Shown here: positions 38,110-46,473 of the stretch, piece by piece
Position numbering within the stretch: the first letter of the stretch is position 1
Layout of the letters: every line of letters starts with the position of its first letter
Program-made: the position numbers and the translations under genes
Assembly: GCA_965203535.1 (NCBI GenBank)
Contig: OZ241897.1
Location: 5,963,697 to 6,027,696 of the forward strand
Reading direction: 5' to 3'
DNA from: Acidobacteriota bacterium
Lineage (GTDB): Bacteria; Acidobacteriota; UBA6911; RPQK01; JAJDTT01
DNA: 64,000 nt
The notes under the pieces: generated by a model
Databases searched by the model: none
Told to the model about the DNA's origin: nothing
Seen by the model: only the letters and a program-made list of their open reading frames with translations

Positions 38110-39639
38110 CTAGAACTCCATGGGACTGGTGCCGAGTACGAATACACGGCTGACTCCCGCACGCTTGAGGTGCTCAGCCGTGTCCATGATCAAAGTGCCG
38201 GGGACTTCATGATCTGGCTCGATTACCACCACGTTTCCAACATCCCTGGCTTGTTGGAGAAGACGTTCCTCGTCCATCAGGATCTGTCCGTCCCAGAGGC
38301 TCCCGGAATTGTCGATACGGAGTAGGAGCCCCGGCGCTTGCCCGCCTGGTCTGAGGACAAAGTTGATAGCGATGGTCGTACGTACCGAAACCGTTTCCCC
38401 ATCGACCTTGATCGGCTCCCAGCGCCAATTTTCCAATGATTCCAGCGCCGCATTCCGCAAGGTAGGGTGACCCTGAACCAATTCTGCCTCCTGCATTGCA
38501 CCGCTCCTGTCGATGAGGATCCTCAAGACGACCATTCCTTCAACACCAGCCACTTTGGCGACGAGCGGATACTCGGGTTCGTCCCGATGGAGGAGCTTTC
38601 TGGCCATGACATGGCCTTCCACAGAAACCGGCTTACGGTCCTCTACGGTAGGTTCCACTTGCTGGAGGCGAGCGACGGGAGGCCGTGTCAAGGGGAACGC
38701 CGACAGGCTCCACCATCCAGCCACTCCCAGCAATCCGAAACAAGACACCAATGAAAGAGCCGTTATCAACTTGGATCGTTTCCTCCCAGGGAGTTGGAGC
38801 AGCAACCGCACACGATTGCGCAGTTGACACTCCTCGAGAAACAGAGGAGCAGGCAGGGAGAAGGCGTGAGTGGTCCGCTTGGCGATTTCCACCAAAGAAT
38901 GAAGATACGTTTTCCGGGAACCCAAGAGGTGGACCACCCGTTCGTCCACAACCTGCTCACGGGTCAATTGAATCCGGCCCATCAACCAGTGAAAAGCTGG
39001 ATGAAACCAGAACAGTGTTCGCACCAACTCGTCCACCGTATTCCACAGCCAGTCTCTTCTCTTCACATGAAACAGCTCATGGCAGATCACGGCCCTCTGT
39101 ATCCCCTCCTCCAGTTGGACGAACGATTCGGGGAGGATGATCACCGGCCGCAACCAGCCGAACGTGACGGGCCCGGCGACCTCGCCCGACATGCGATAGT
39201 CCGCGGACACTCCCACCCCTTCCTCAAGAGCCTGAAGATGCGGCGGTAGAGTTTGACGCGTGGTTCTACGCTGTAGCCGATGGAGCCGGTAGAACCCGAC
39301 CCCCAGCCAGATCAGACGGAGCAGTATGCCGGTGACCAGCAGGCCACCCAGCCACGGATACAGACCGGCGGAGGTGCCGCCCGGGATTCCCGACGACGGA
39401 TCGGTGGTAGCTACCAGTTCTTCGACCAACGGAACAGATACTGGTTCGGGTACGGAAATTGGCGCCAGGGGTTGGAGTACCAAGAGCAGGCAGACGACCA
39501 TGAGCAGTCGCCAGTAGAGATGCAGGATGCCGGGTGCCCGCAGACGAAAGATCCAGGGCAGAAGTCCCCCGACCAGAATCAGAATTCCAGTCTGAAGGCT
39601 GTACAACCAGAGGTTGGACATCCACAGTTCAAGGCTCAT
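38110..39639 (-). CDS. BlaR1-like M56 metallopeptidase fused to one TonB C-terminal domain and an ExbD-like tail
   Basis: HELFHVKRRD, FWFHP, EQVVDE; PEYP..AK..GVEG.V.L...I...G.....W.WEP. Confidence 0.85.
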   Translation of the reverse strand: MSLELWMSNLWLYSLQTGILILVGGLLPWIFRLRAPGILHLYWRLLMVVCLLLVLQPLAPISVPEPVSVPLVEELVATTDPSSGIPGGTSAGLYPWLGGLLVTGILLRLIWLGVGFYRLHRLQRRTTRQTLPPHLQALEEGVGVSADYRMSGEVAGPVTFGWLRPVIILPESFVQLEEGIQRAVICHELFHVKRRDWLWNTVDELVRTLFWFHPAFHWLMGRIQLTREQVVDERVVHLLGSRKTYLHSLVEIAKRTTHAFSLPAPLFLEECQLRNRVRLLLQLPGRKRSKLITALSLVSCFGLLGVAGWWSLSAFPLTRPPVARLQQVEPTVEDRKPVSVEGHVMARKLLHRDEPEYPLVAKVAGVEGMVVLRILIDRSGAMQEAELVQGHPTLRNAALESLENWRWEPIKVDGETVSVRTTIAINFVLRPGGQAPGLLLRIDNSGSLWDGQILMDEERLLQQARDVGNVVVIEPDHEVPGTLIMDTAEHLKRAGVSRVFVLGTSPMEF

Positions 39640-41924
39640 TTTCCTCTCTCGATCATTCCCTCCAGCTCCCGGAGGTGCTGCCGGGACTCTTTCATATTGA
39701 TTGCTGTCATCTCGCTTACGGCACGCCCCAATTCTTTATTTGCCCTTTCAAGCCGACGCCGGAGTTCCTTCATATCGATCTCCGCTAACTTGCTTTTGGC
39801 ACGCTCCAATTCATTCCGGGCGCTCTCAAGCTGCCGCCGGAACTTCTTCATATCGATGGCCGCCATCCCACTTATGGCACGGTCCACTTCCCTCAATGCC
39901 CTTTCAAGCTTGGGCCGGATCTGGCTCCGGGTCTTGTTATTCAGATTGACCGATAGCGGAACGGACGCATCGCGCGGGAAGCGGACGACGACGGTGGTTC
40001 TCACGGGAACGGGTATGCCGTCCAAGACAAAGGGTTTATAACGCCATTGGCTTACGGCATTCGCAGCCGCGGAGTTCAAGCCGGGGTTTCCCTCGTCTCC
40101 ATTCATGACCTCCACCTGCTGAACTTCTCCATTCTTGCCGATCACGATTGACAGTATGACCTGACCCGATGGACGGGAATCTTTGAGCTCTGTCGGATAC
40201 TCAGGATCAACCCGGTGGATCAGGCGGCTCTCCATGACCCGTCGCCCTCCCACACGAACAGGCTCCTCGACGCCTGATTCTGATCTGGGCATACGAAGTA
40301 AAACCGTGGTCCTCACTGTTATGGGTTTCCCCTGGAAGACATACGGTTCATAACGCCACTGTTTTACGGCATTCACAGCAGCAGAATTCAAGCCAGGATC
40401 GGCCTTGTCACCTCGAACGACTGTCACCTGCTGAACTTTGCCATCCTTGCCAACCACGACGGACAAGATGACTATGCCCAATGGACGGTCGCTTTCCAGA
40501 CCCGATGGGGTCTCGGGATCTACCCGGTGGATCAGCCTGTCCGCCATGACATTTTGGCCCACATGAATCGGCTCCTTGAACATTTGCTCTTCGTGCGGCG
40601 ATCCATGGGAACCAGTGGTCCCCGCTGGTTCCGTGCGCGGCAAGCGAAGAAAAACGGTGGTTCTTACCGGAACCGGCTTCCCGTCCAAGAGAAACGGTTC
40701 ATAGCGCCACTGTTTCACCGCATCCGTCACTGCGGAATTCGAGGGGGGATGGTCTCCAGAGCCTTGCAAGACTTTCACCCGCTGAACTTCTCCATTCCTG
40801 TCGACGACGATGGACAATATGAACTGATCCAACGGGCGGGAACTCTCCGGCCGCCCGGGGATCTCCGGATCAACCTTGTGGACCAGCTTGTTCGCCATGA
40901 CCCGACTTCCGACTCGAACAGGCTCCTCAGCCGCTGGTTCCTCTTGGGGCATCCGAGCCGACGGAGCGGCCTTCAAAGGCAGTGCGGCCAGACTCCACCA
41001 TCCGGTTACCGACAGCAGGGCAACGCAGACGCTCCAGAACATCGTCGATTTGGTCTTGGACATTCGTACCTCCTGGAATTGGAGCAGGCGCCGCACCCGG
41101 CGGCTGAACTGGCATTCCCTGAGAAAAAGGGGAGCGGGCAAGGATGCGGCGGAATTCTTCCACCTTGCGACCTCTACCAATGAATGAAGGTAGTCCTTCC
41201 TCGAGCCCAGCAGCGCGACCGCTTGCTCATCCACGACCTGCTCCCGGGTCAACCGGATTCGGCCGATCAGCCAGTAGAAAGCCGGGTGGAACCAGAACAC
41301 GGTCCGCACCAACTCCTCGATTGTGTTCCAGAACCAGTCGCCCCTCTTCACGTGCAGCAGCTCATGGCAGGCGACGGCCTTCTGCATTTCCGCGTCCAGC
41401 TCGGCAAACGAATCGGGGAAGACGATGACCGGGCGGAACCAACCAAAGGTTATGGGTCCGGTGATCTCGGTCGACACACGGAAACCGGCAGAAACTTCCA
41501 TCTGCTCGGTCAGCGGCTTCAGATGCGGTGGCACGACCAGTCGCCGAGTTCTCCGCCTTAAGCGGCGGAGCCTGTAGAAGCCGGCTCCCAGCCAGATCAG
41601 GCGAAGCAAGATGCCGGAGACCAAGAGAACCCCCACCATCGGAAAGACGTCAGCGGCCTGGTCCGTCTCACTGACCGTCACCGGAGAAGCGGGAAGAATC
41701 AGTTCCTCGGCCACTGGAACCGATACGGGATCGGACAAGGGGTCCGGCACCCCCGGTTGGAAAACCAGAAGCAGACAGACTGCCAGCAGAACCCGCCAGA
41801 AAAGGTACAGACTGCGGGACTCTCGAAGTCGAAGGAATCGGACCAGGAGCCCGCCCGCCAGAATCAGGATTCCGGTCTGGAGGCTATAGAACCAGAGATT
41901 GGATAACGACAGTTCCAGGCTCAT
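39636..41924 (-). CDS. BlaR1-like M56 metallopeptidase fused to three TonB C-terminal domains and a coiled-coil tail
   Basis: HELLHVKRGD; three H(K/R)VDPE...AV.QWRY.P repeats; ~26-aa C-terminal repeats. Confidence 0.88.
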   Translation of the reverse strand: MSLELSLSNLWFYSLQTGILILAGGLLVRFLRLRESRSLYLFWRVLLAVCLLLVFQPGVPDPLSDPVSVPVAEELILPASPVTVSETDQAADVFPMVGVLLVSGILLRLIWLGAGFYRLRRLRRRTRRLVVPPHLKPLTEQMEVSAGFRVSTEITGPITFGWFRPVIVFPDSFAELDAEMQKAVACHELLHVKRGDWFWNTIEELVRTVFWFHPAFYWLIGRIRLTREQVVDEQAVALLGSRKDYLHSLVEVARWKNSAASLPAPLFLRECQFSRRVRRLLQFQEVRMSKTKSTMFWSVCVALLSVTGWWSLAALPLKAAPSARMPQEEPAAEEPVRVGSRVMANKLVHKVDPEIPGRPESSRPLDQFILSIVVDRNGEVQRVKVLQGSGDHPPSNSAVTDAVKQWRYEPFLLDGKPVPVRTTVFLRLPRTEPAGTTGSHGSPHEEQMFKEPIHVGQNVMADRLIHRVDPETPSGLESDRPLGIVILSVVVGKDGKVQQVTVVRGDKADPGLNSAAVNAVKQWRYEPYVFQGKPITVRTTVLLRMPRSESGVEEPVRVGGRRVMESRLIHRVDPEYPTELKDSRPSGQVILSIVIGKNGEVQQVEVMNGDEGNPGLNSAAANAVSQWRYKPFVLDGIPVPVRTTVVVRFPRDASVPLSVNLNNKTRSQIRPKLERALREVDRAISGMAAIDMKKFRRQLESARNELERAKSKLAEIDMKELRRRLERANKELGRAVSEMTAINMKESRQHLRELEGMIERGK

Positions 41925-42292
41925 TACCCCTCCTCGATCATTTGTTCCAATTCTCGAAGCTTGTCCCTCGAAATATCGTGCCGCTCGACCAGGTGCAGCA
42001 TGAGCGCCTCGCTGGACCCTCCGAATACCCGCTCCACCAGGTCCGCCACCACCTCACGAACCACTTCATCCCGGGGACGGGTGGGCCGATAGATATGCGC
42101 CCGCCCCTCCTTCCACTTCCGGAGAAATCCCTTTCGGTTCAGGCTCTGCATGGTGCCCATAACCGAGGTGTAGGCGATCCGGCGCCGAAGGCGCAGTTCC
42201 TCGTAGACGTCGCGGACGGTGACCTCTTCCTTGTCCAGACGCCAGATCAGCTTCATGATTTCCAGTTCCTGCCGACTTAAGGACTTTGACAT
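41924..42292 (-). CDS. BlaI/MecI/CopY family repressor
   Basis: LSRQELEIMKLIW, TVRDV, AYTSV, KGFL...EGRAH.Y, FGGS. Confidence 0.92.
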   Translation of the reverse strand: MSKSLSRQELEIMKLIWRLDKEEVTVRDVYEELRLRRRIAYTSVMGTMQSLNRKGFLRKWKEGRAHIYRPTRPRDEVVREVVADLVERVFGGSSEALMLHLVERHDISRDKLRELEQMIEEG

Positions 42293-42327
42293 ACGTAGAC
42301 TCTAGTACGTTATATACCTTATTTCAA
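42293..42327 (-). promoter_or_regulatory. Sigma70 promoter for a leaderless blaI-like mRNA with overlapping palindromic operator
   Basis: TTGAAA-N17-TAGAGT-N6-ATG, no RBS; ACGTA-N8-TACGT straddles the -10. Confidence 0.65.
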
Positions 42328-42448
42328 CCAGGAATCCGGATTTTTGAAATCACGTCTAAAATTCAGTACGGAACCTGTGGTTGGAATGCCGTTCAGAGAT
42401 GCGCTCGACGGGACCCTCTGCGTCGGTCCGGCGGCAACGAAATGGCGG

Positions 42449-44293
42449 CTACCCTTGCCGCTTCCTCAACCCCTTCACCGGAAACGGCTTATCGCTCAAG
42501 AGCCTCTGCAGGATGTTTCCCAGGATCTCGACGGTTTTCGGGGCGGCACCCAGGGCGCTCCAGATGATGTTGCCCTCGCCGTCGATGATGTAGTGGCTCG
42601 GGTACGCCTCCACCCCGAATGCCCGTGCCATGCGGCTCGAGGATGGAACGATCTCGTAGCGGAACTCCCTGCCCTTCAGGAACTCCTTGATCGGTTCCGC
42701 GTCATCGGTGGCGAAGGCCAGGAATCGGGCCTTCCCCTCGAACTCGTTCGCCAAGGCGTTCAGCTCGGGGATCTCCTTGATGCATGGTCCGCAACTGGTA
42801 AACCAGAAATTCACCACCACCGGCTTCCCCTTCAGTGACTTGGACGTCAGTTGGACGCCCTCCATCGTCGTCCCTCGGATCTGCGGGGCAGGTTCCAGTT
42901 CCGGAGTTTCACCGGTCAACCGGGTCATGAGGTAGTCGTTGAAACCGCGGCTGTCTCCGGTGCGGGCAACGAAGGCGTTCTTCAACATCTCCGCGGCCGT
43001 CGCGGACCCCATGCGGTAGGCGTCCACGAGGATTTCTTCGCCCCGGCGAAGATGGCCGATGCTCGTCCAGACTGCCGCCTCGATTTCCAGGTCCTCCGCC
43101 GACCGGCCTCGTCCGTCTGCTTGAGCCATCTTGACGTCGGCCAGCGCCCCTTCAGCATCCCCGTTCCGGAGCCGAATCCGGGCGCGAACCCTGAAGGCCA
43201 GATCCCGCAGACGCTTGTCGGAAACGAACGCGTGCGGCGTGTAATAGAGCTCGAGCGACCGGTCGATGAGTCGTTGGGCCTCTTCGTCCGAGGTCCCCTC
43301 CCCGGACAGGGCGTTCGCCAGCAGCAGATAGGGATGGGGATCTTCCGGATCCTCGTGGGTCCAAGCCGCGAACAGGCGGCGGGTGGCTTCCAGGCTCACT
43401 CTTGTATTGCTCCTGAGCCAGAGGACGGATCTCCTGTCCTTCCAGAGACGCGGGTTGGCCGGCGCGTCGTTCACGAGCATCGCTTGCAGCTTCTCCAGCC
43501 CAGCACTCATTTGGTCCAGACCCTGAGTCGATACCCAGAAATCGGCTTCGTTCAGGGCTTGGACAGAGTATCTCGACTCGGGAAACCGGGTGCAGAGTTC
43601 GGTCAAGCTCTCAAATGCGCGGTCTGATCGTTTCGCGAGCCAGTAACCCGTAGACAGCGTCCGGAGCAATGATGGCCCCTTTTCTTGGACCTCCATCTTG
43701 CGAAGCTGTGAAACGACTTCATCGATTTCCAGATTCTTCAAGATCCTTTGCTTCAGCCCCCAGACCTTGGGGTAGAGCCACCACAGGTCGGGGTTTTCGG
43801 CGAGTGTGCTGTCGATGACCTCGTTACAGGCCGCGAGGTCCGTACGCGGTCTGCAAGACGACAAGACCCGGGTTCCGGGCGGCGATTCTCCGGCATCCGT
43901 TCGAGGCGCAAAAGCCTTGCCACGGAAAATCCTTTCCGGCGTCCGGATCCTGACCGCCGCCCATTCGCAGTTGCCGGGCAACGTCATACGAGCGACGAAT
44001 TCCTCTCCGTCCCAGACGGCCTTCTCACTGACGGTGGAAAGGACGTCCTGATGCCAAGTCGACAAGTTGACGAACACATGATCATTCGGAAATAGCTGTC
44101 CCCGCGGGAAATCCGGAGTGATCCGAACGGCGAAGGCTTGACCCCACCGCGGCGCTTCGGGCTCGATCTGTATCCCGGCAAACAGGCCGGTCCCCAGCGC
44201 GAGGACGGACACGAGTGGGCAGATGGTTCCGATCAGACTTCTCGAAACGTTCTTAGAATGTCTTCCGTAAAGCCGCATGAATGTGCGAAACAT
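42449..44293 (-). CDS. TlpA/ResA-like thioredoxin with N-terminal TPR-like region
   Basis: LKGKPVVVNFWFTSCGPCIKEIPELN, FGVEAYPSHYIID; start codon uncertain. Confidence 0.85.
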   Translation of the reverse strand: MFRTFMRLYGRHSKNVSRSLIGTICPLVSVLALGTGLFAGIQIEPEAPRWGQAFAVRITPDFPRGQLFPNDHVFVNLSTWHQDVLSTVSEKAVWDGEEFVARMTLPGNCEWAAVRIRTPERIFRGKAFAPRTDAGESPPGTRVLSSCRPRTDLAACNEVIDSTLAENPDLWWLYPKVWGLKQRILKNLEIDEVVSQLRKMEVQEKGPSLLRTLSTGYWLAKRSDRAFESLTELCTRFPESRYSVQALNEADFWVSTQGLDQMSAGLEKLQAMLVNDAPANPRLWKDRRSVLWLRSNTRVSLEATRRLFAAWTHEDPEDPHPYLLLANALSGEGTSDEEAQRLIDRSLELYYTPHAFVSDKRLRDLAFRVRARIRLRNGDAEGALADVKMAQADGRGRSAEDLEIEAAVWTSIGHLRRGEEILVDAYRMGSATAAEMLKNAFVARTGDSRGFNDYLMTRLTGETPELEPAPQIRGTTMEGVQLTSKSLKGKPVVVNFWFTSCGPCIKEIPELNALANEFEGKARFLAFATDDAEPIKEFLKGREFRYEIVPSSSRMARAFGVEAYPSHYIIDGEGNIIWSALGAAPKTVEILGNILQRLLSDKPFPVKGLRKRQG

Positions 44294-44338
44294 ACGTCCT
44301 CCAGCCAGGAGAGATCACAAATTCCAAATCCCAAGATA

Positions 44339-44770
44339 GGAGCTCTCCCACCGGCCATGAGCCCGGCGAGATCCTGGGAGAAAAGGAGTGGGGGTTTTCC
44401 TACCCCCACTCCCCCGGGGGGACTGAAAGTCCCCCCCTCCTATCCGCCCAACTCCGGCCCCACCGGGGCCCAGCGAAGGCAACCGCAGCGAAGAGGGGGG
44501 ACAAGAATGTCCCCCCTCCGGGTGCCCCATGTTTTCGAAGGAGTGGGGGTTTTCCTACCCCCACTCTCACGGGGGGACTGAAAGTCCCCCCTCCTATTCA
44601 CCCAACTCCGGCCCCAACGGAGACCAGCGAAGGCAACCGCAGCGAAGAGGGGGACAAGAATGTCCCCCCTCCGGGTGCCCCATGTTTTCGAAGGAGTGGG
44701 GGTTTTCCTACCCCCACTCCTTCGGGGGGACTGAAAGTCCTCCCTCCGGGTGCCCCATGGTTTTCTCAGA
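44339..44770 (+). repeat. Tandem composite REP element (~154 bp unit, about 2.5 copies)
   Basis: GGAGTGGGGGTTTTCCTACCCCCACTC at 44385, 44540 and 44693, each followed by GGGGGACTGAAAGTCC; the first two also by GGGGACAAGAATGTCCCC. Confidence 0.9.
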
Positions 44771-44784
44771 AGACCGGGAGCTTC

Positions 44785-46467
44785 TCACTCCTCACCTCTC
44801 GTTTCTCCTTCCAGGGCCGATTCGCCATCTTTCGCAACCCTCTGCCTCCAAGTCTGATAGAGGCGGCCCATTGCCTTCACCCGCTCCGGATACCGGGACG
44901 CAAGGTCTCGCCGCTCGGTGCGGTCCGCATCCAGGTCGAAGAGCTGCCACAGGTTTTCCGGGTCTCCCGGGACCGGTGGAACGGTCCCGCTCCTCCCCGC
45001 AGGCCGCCAGGGCTGGTAGCGAATCCAGTGGTCGGGAGAGACCAGCTTCCACCTGCCCTGCCGGACCGCGCGCCAGAGACCGCGTTGATTCCAGAAGAGC
45101 GCCTCATGGCCGTCCCGGGTCCTTGCCTGGAAGATGGGAAGCAGGCTCCGGCCCTCGAGCGGCGGGATCTTCACCCCGTTCAACTCTGACGGATAGTCGG
45201 CTCCGGCGGCCTCCAGGCAGGTGGCCATGATGTCGATGAGGTGGCCGAGCTCCGAGCTGACCCTTCCCGGCCGCGCGATCCCCCGGGGCCAGTACGCCAC
45301 CAGGGGCGTGGCGATGCCGCCTTCGTGGTTCCATCGCTTGAACTGCCGAAACGGCGTGTTGCTGAGATTCGCCCAGGGGAGGTCCACCGACCGGTAGGAC
45401 TCGACGGGACCCGGCGGCAGGCCGGGCGTCCGGGTCCGGTCCTCGTCGCTGGCGCCGTTGTCGGACAGGAACAGAACCAGGGTGTTCTCGTCCTTGCCCA
45501 GCGAACGCACGGTCTCCATGAGGCGGCCGATGTTCTGGTCCATTCGGTCCACCATGGCGGCATAGACCGCCATCTTCAGGTCCCAGGCCTCCTTGTCCGC
45601 TACCTCGTCCCAGGCCGGCGCGTGGGGGCTGCGGGGAGACAGTTCCGATCGGCCGGAGATCAACCCTTCCCGCACCAGACGCCGGTGGCGTTCCCGGCGG
45701 AGCGTGTCCCAACCCGACATGAAACGGCCCCGGTAGCGGGCAATGTCTTCCGGCCAGGCATGAAGCGGGTAATGAGGCACGGTATAGGCGAGATAGAGAA
45801 AGAAGGGGCGTTTCTCCCGGCCATACTGCTCCAGATAGCCGATGGCGTGGTCCGTGAAGGCGTCGGTGCTGTAGAACCGGCGGTCTTCCGGCGTGTAGGG
45901 GCGAACGACCTTCCCTTCGATGGAAAAGGGTTGGTCGTCACCGGCGAACTTCTTGCCCGGCTCCGGCTCACCGGGTCGGCGGCGGCCCGGATTGAAGTGA
46001 TTGCAGGTTCCCGTCAGGAGTCCGTAGTAGCGCTCGAACCCCCGTTTCAACGGATGGCCGTCCAGGTGCCACTTGCCCGACATGAACGTCCGGTAACCGG
46101 CGGCCTTGAGGGTTTCCGCCAAGGTCACGCATCCCAGAAACCGTCGGTCTCCCACCTGTTGCGAATAGAGTCCGCTGAGCAACGACGCCCGGCTGGCCGG
46201 ACAGATGGCATTGTTGTAGAACTGCGAGAAACGGAGCCCGTTGCGGGCCAGGCGGTCCAGATTCGGGGTCCGGATCTCTCCCCCGTAGCAGCCCAGGTCC
46301 GAGTAGCCCAGGTCGTCCGCCATGATCAGGATGATGTTGGGTCGCGGCGGAGACGACGCCCACGCCGGCGAGCCGGTGAGGAGGGCCAACAGCAACGTTC
46401 GGAGTACCGTGCGGCCAGCGACCCTCGCCATTCGTGGCGCGAGCGAGTGCCTCTCCGGAACCTGCAT
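44785..46467 (-). CDS. Arylsulfatase (formylglycine-dependent, CxAxR variant)
   Basis: NIILIMADDLGYSD, CPASRASLLSG, SGKWHL, PHYPLHA, FLSDNG, HEGGIATP. Confidence 0.92.
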   Translation of the reverse strand: MQVPERHSLAPRMARVAGRTVLRTLLLALLTGSPAWASSPPRPNIILIMADDLGYSDLGCYGGEIRTPNLDRLARNGLRFSQFYNNAICPASRASLLSGLYSQQVGDRRFLGCVTLAETLKAAGYRTFMSGKWHLDGHPLKRGFERYYGLLTGTCNHFNPGRRRPGEPEPGKKFAGDDQPFSIEGKVVRPYTPEDRRFYSTDAFTDHAIGYLEQYGREKRPFFLYLAYTVPHYPLHAWPEDIARYRGRFMSGWDTLRRERHRRLVREGLISGRSELSPRSPHAPAWDEVADKEAWDLKMAVYAAMVDRMDQNIGRLMETVRSLGKDENTLVLFLSDNGASDEDRTRTPGLPPGPVESYRSVDLPWANLSNTPFRQFKRWNHEGGIATPLVAYWPRGIARPGRVSSELGHLIDIMATCLEAAGADYPSELNGVKIPPLEGRSLLPIFQARTRDGHEALFWNQRGLWRAVRQGRWKLVSPDHWIRYQPWRPAGRSGTVPPVPGDPENLWQLFDLDADRTERRDLASRYPERVKAMGRLYQTWRQRVAKDGESALEGETRGEE

Positions 46468-46473
46468 CCGTCC

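Noticed and set aside
44385-44770. CRISPR array
   Set aside because: The intervening sequences are near-identical to each other and ~125 bp long, copies are dispersed, and no cas genes are present
44281-45230. ORFs with repeated GGFPTPT/GGLKVPP peptides (also 48833-49990 and 59552-60250)
   Set aside because: Translations of REP hairpins, overlapping real genes on the other strand
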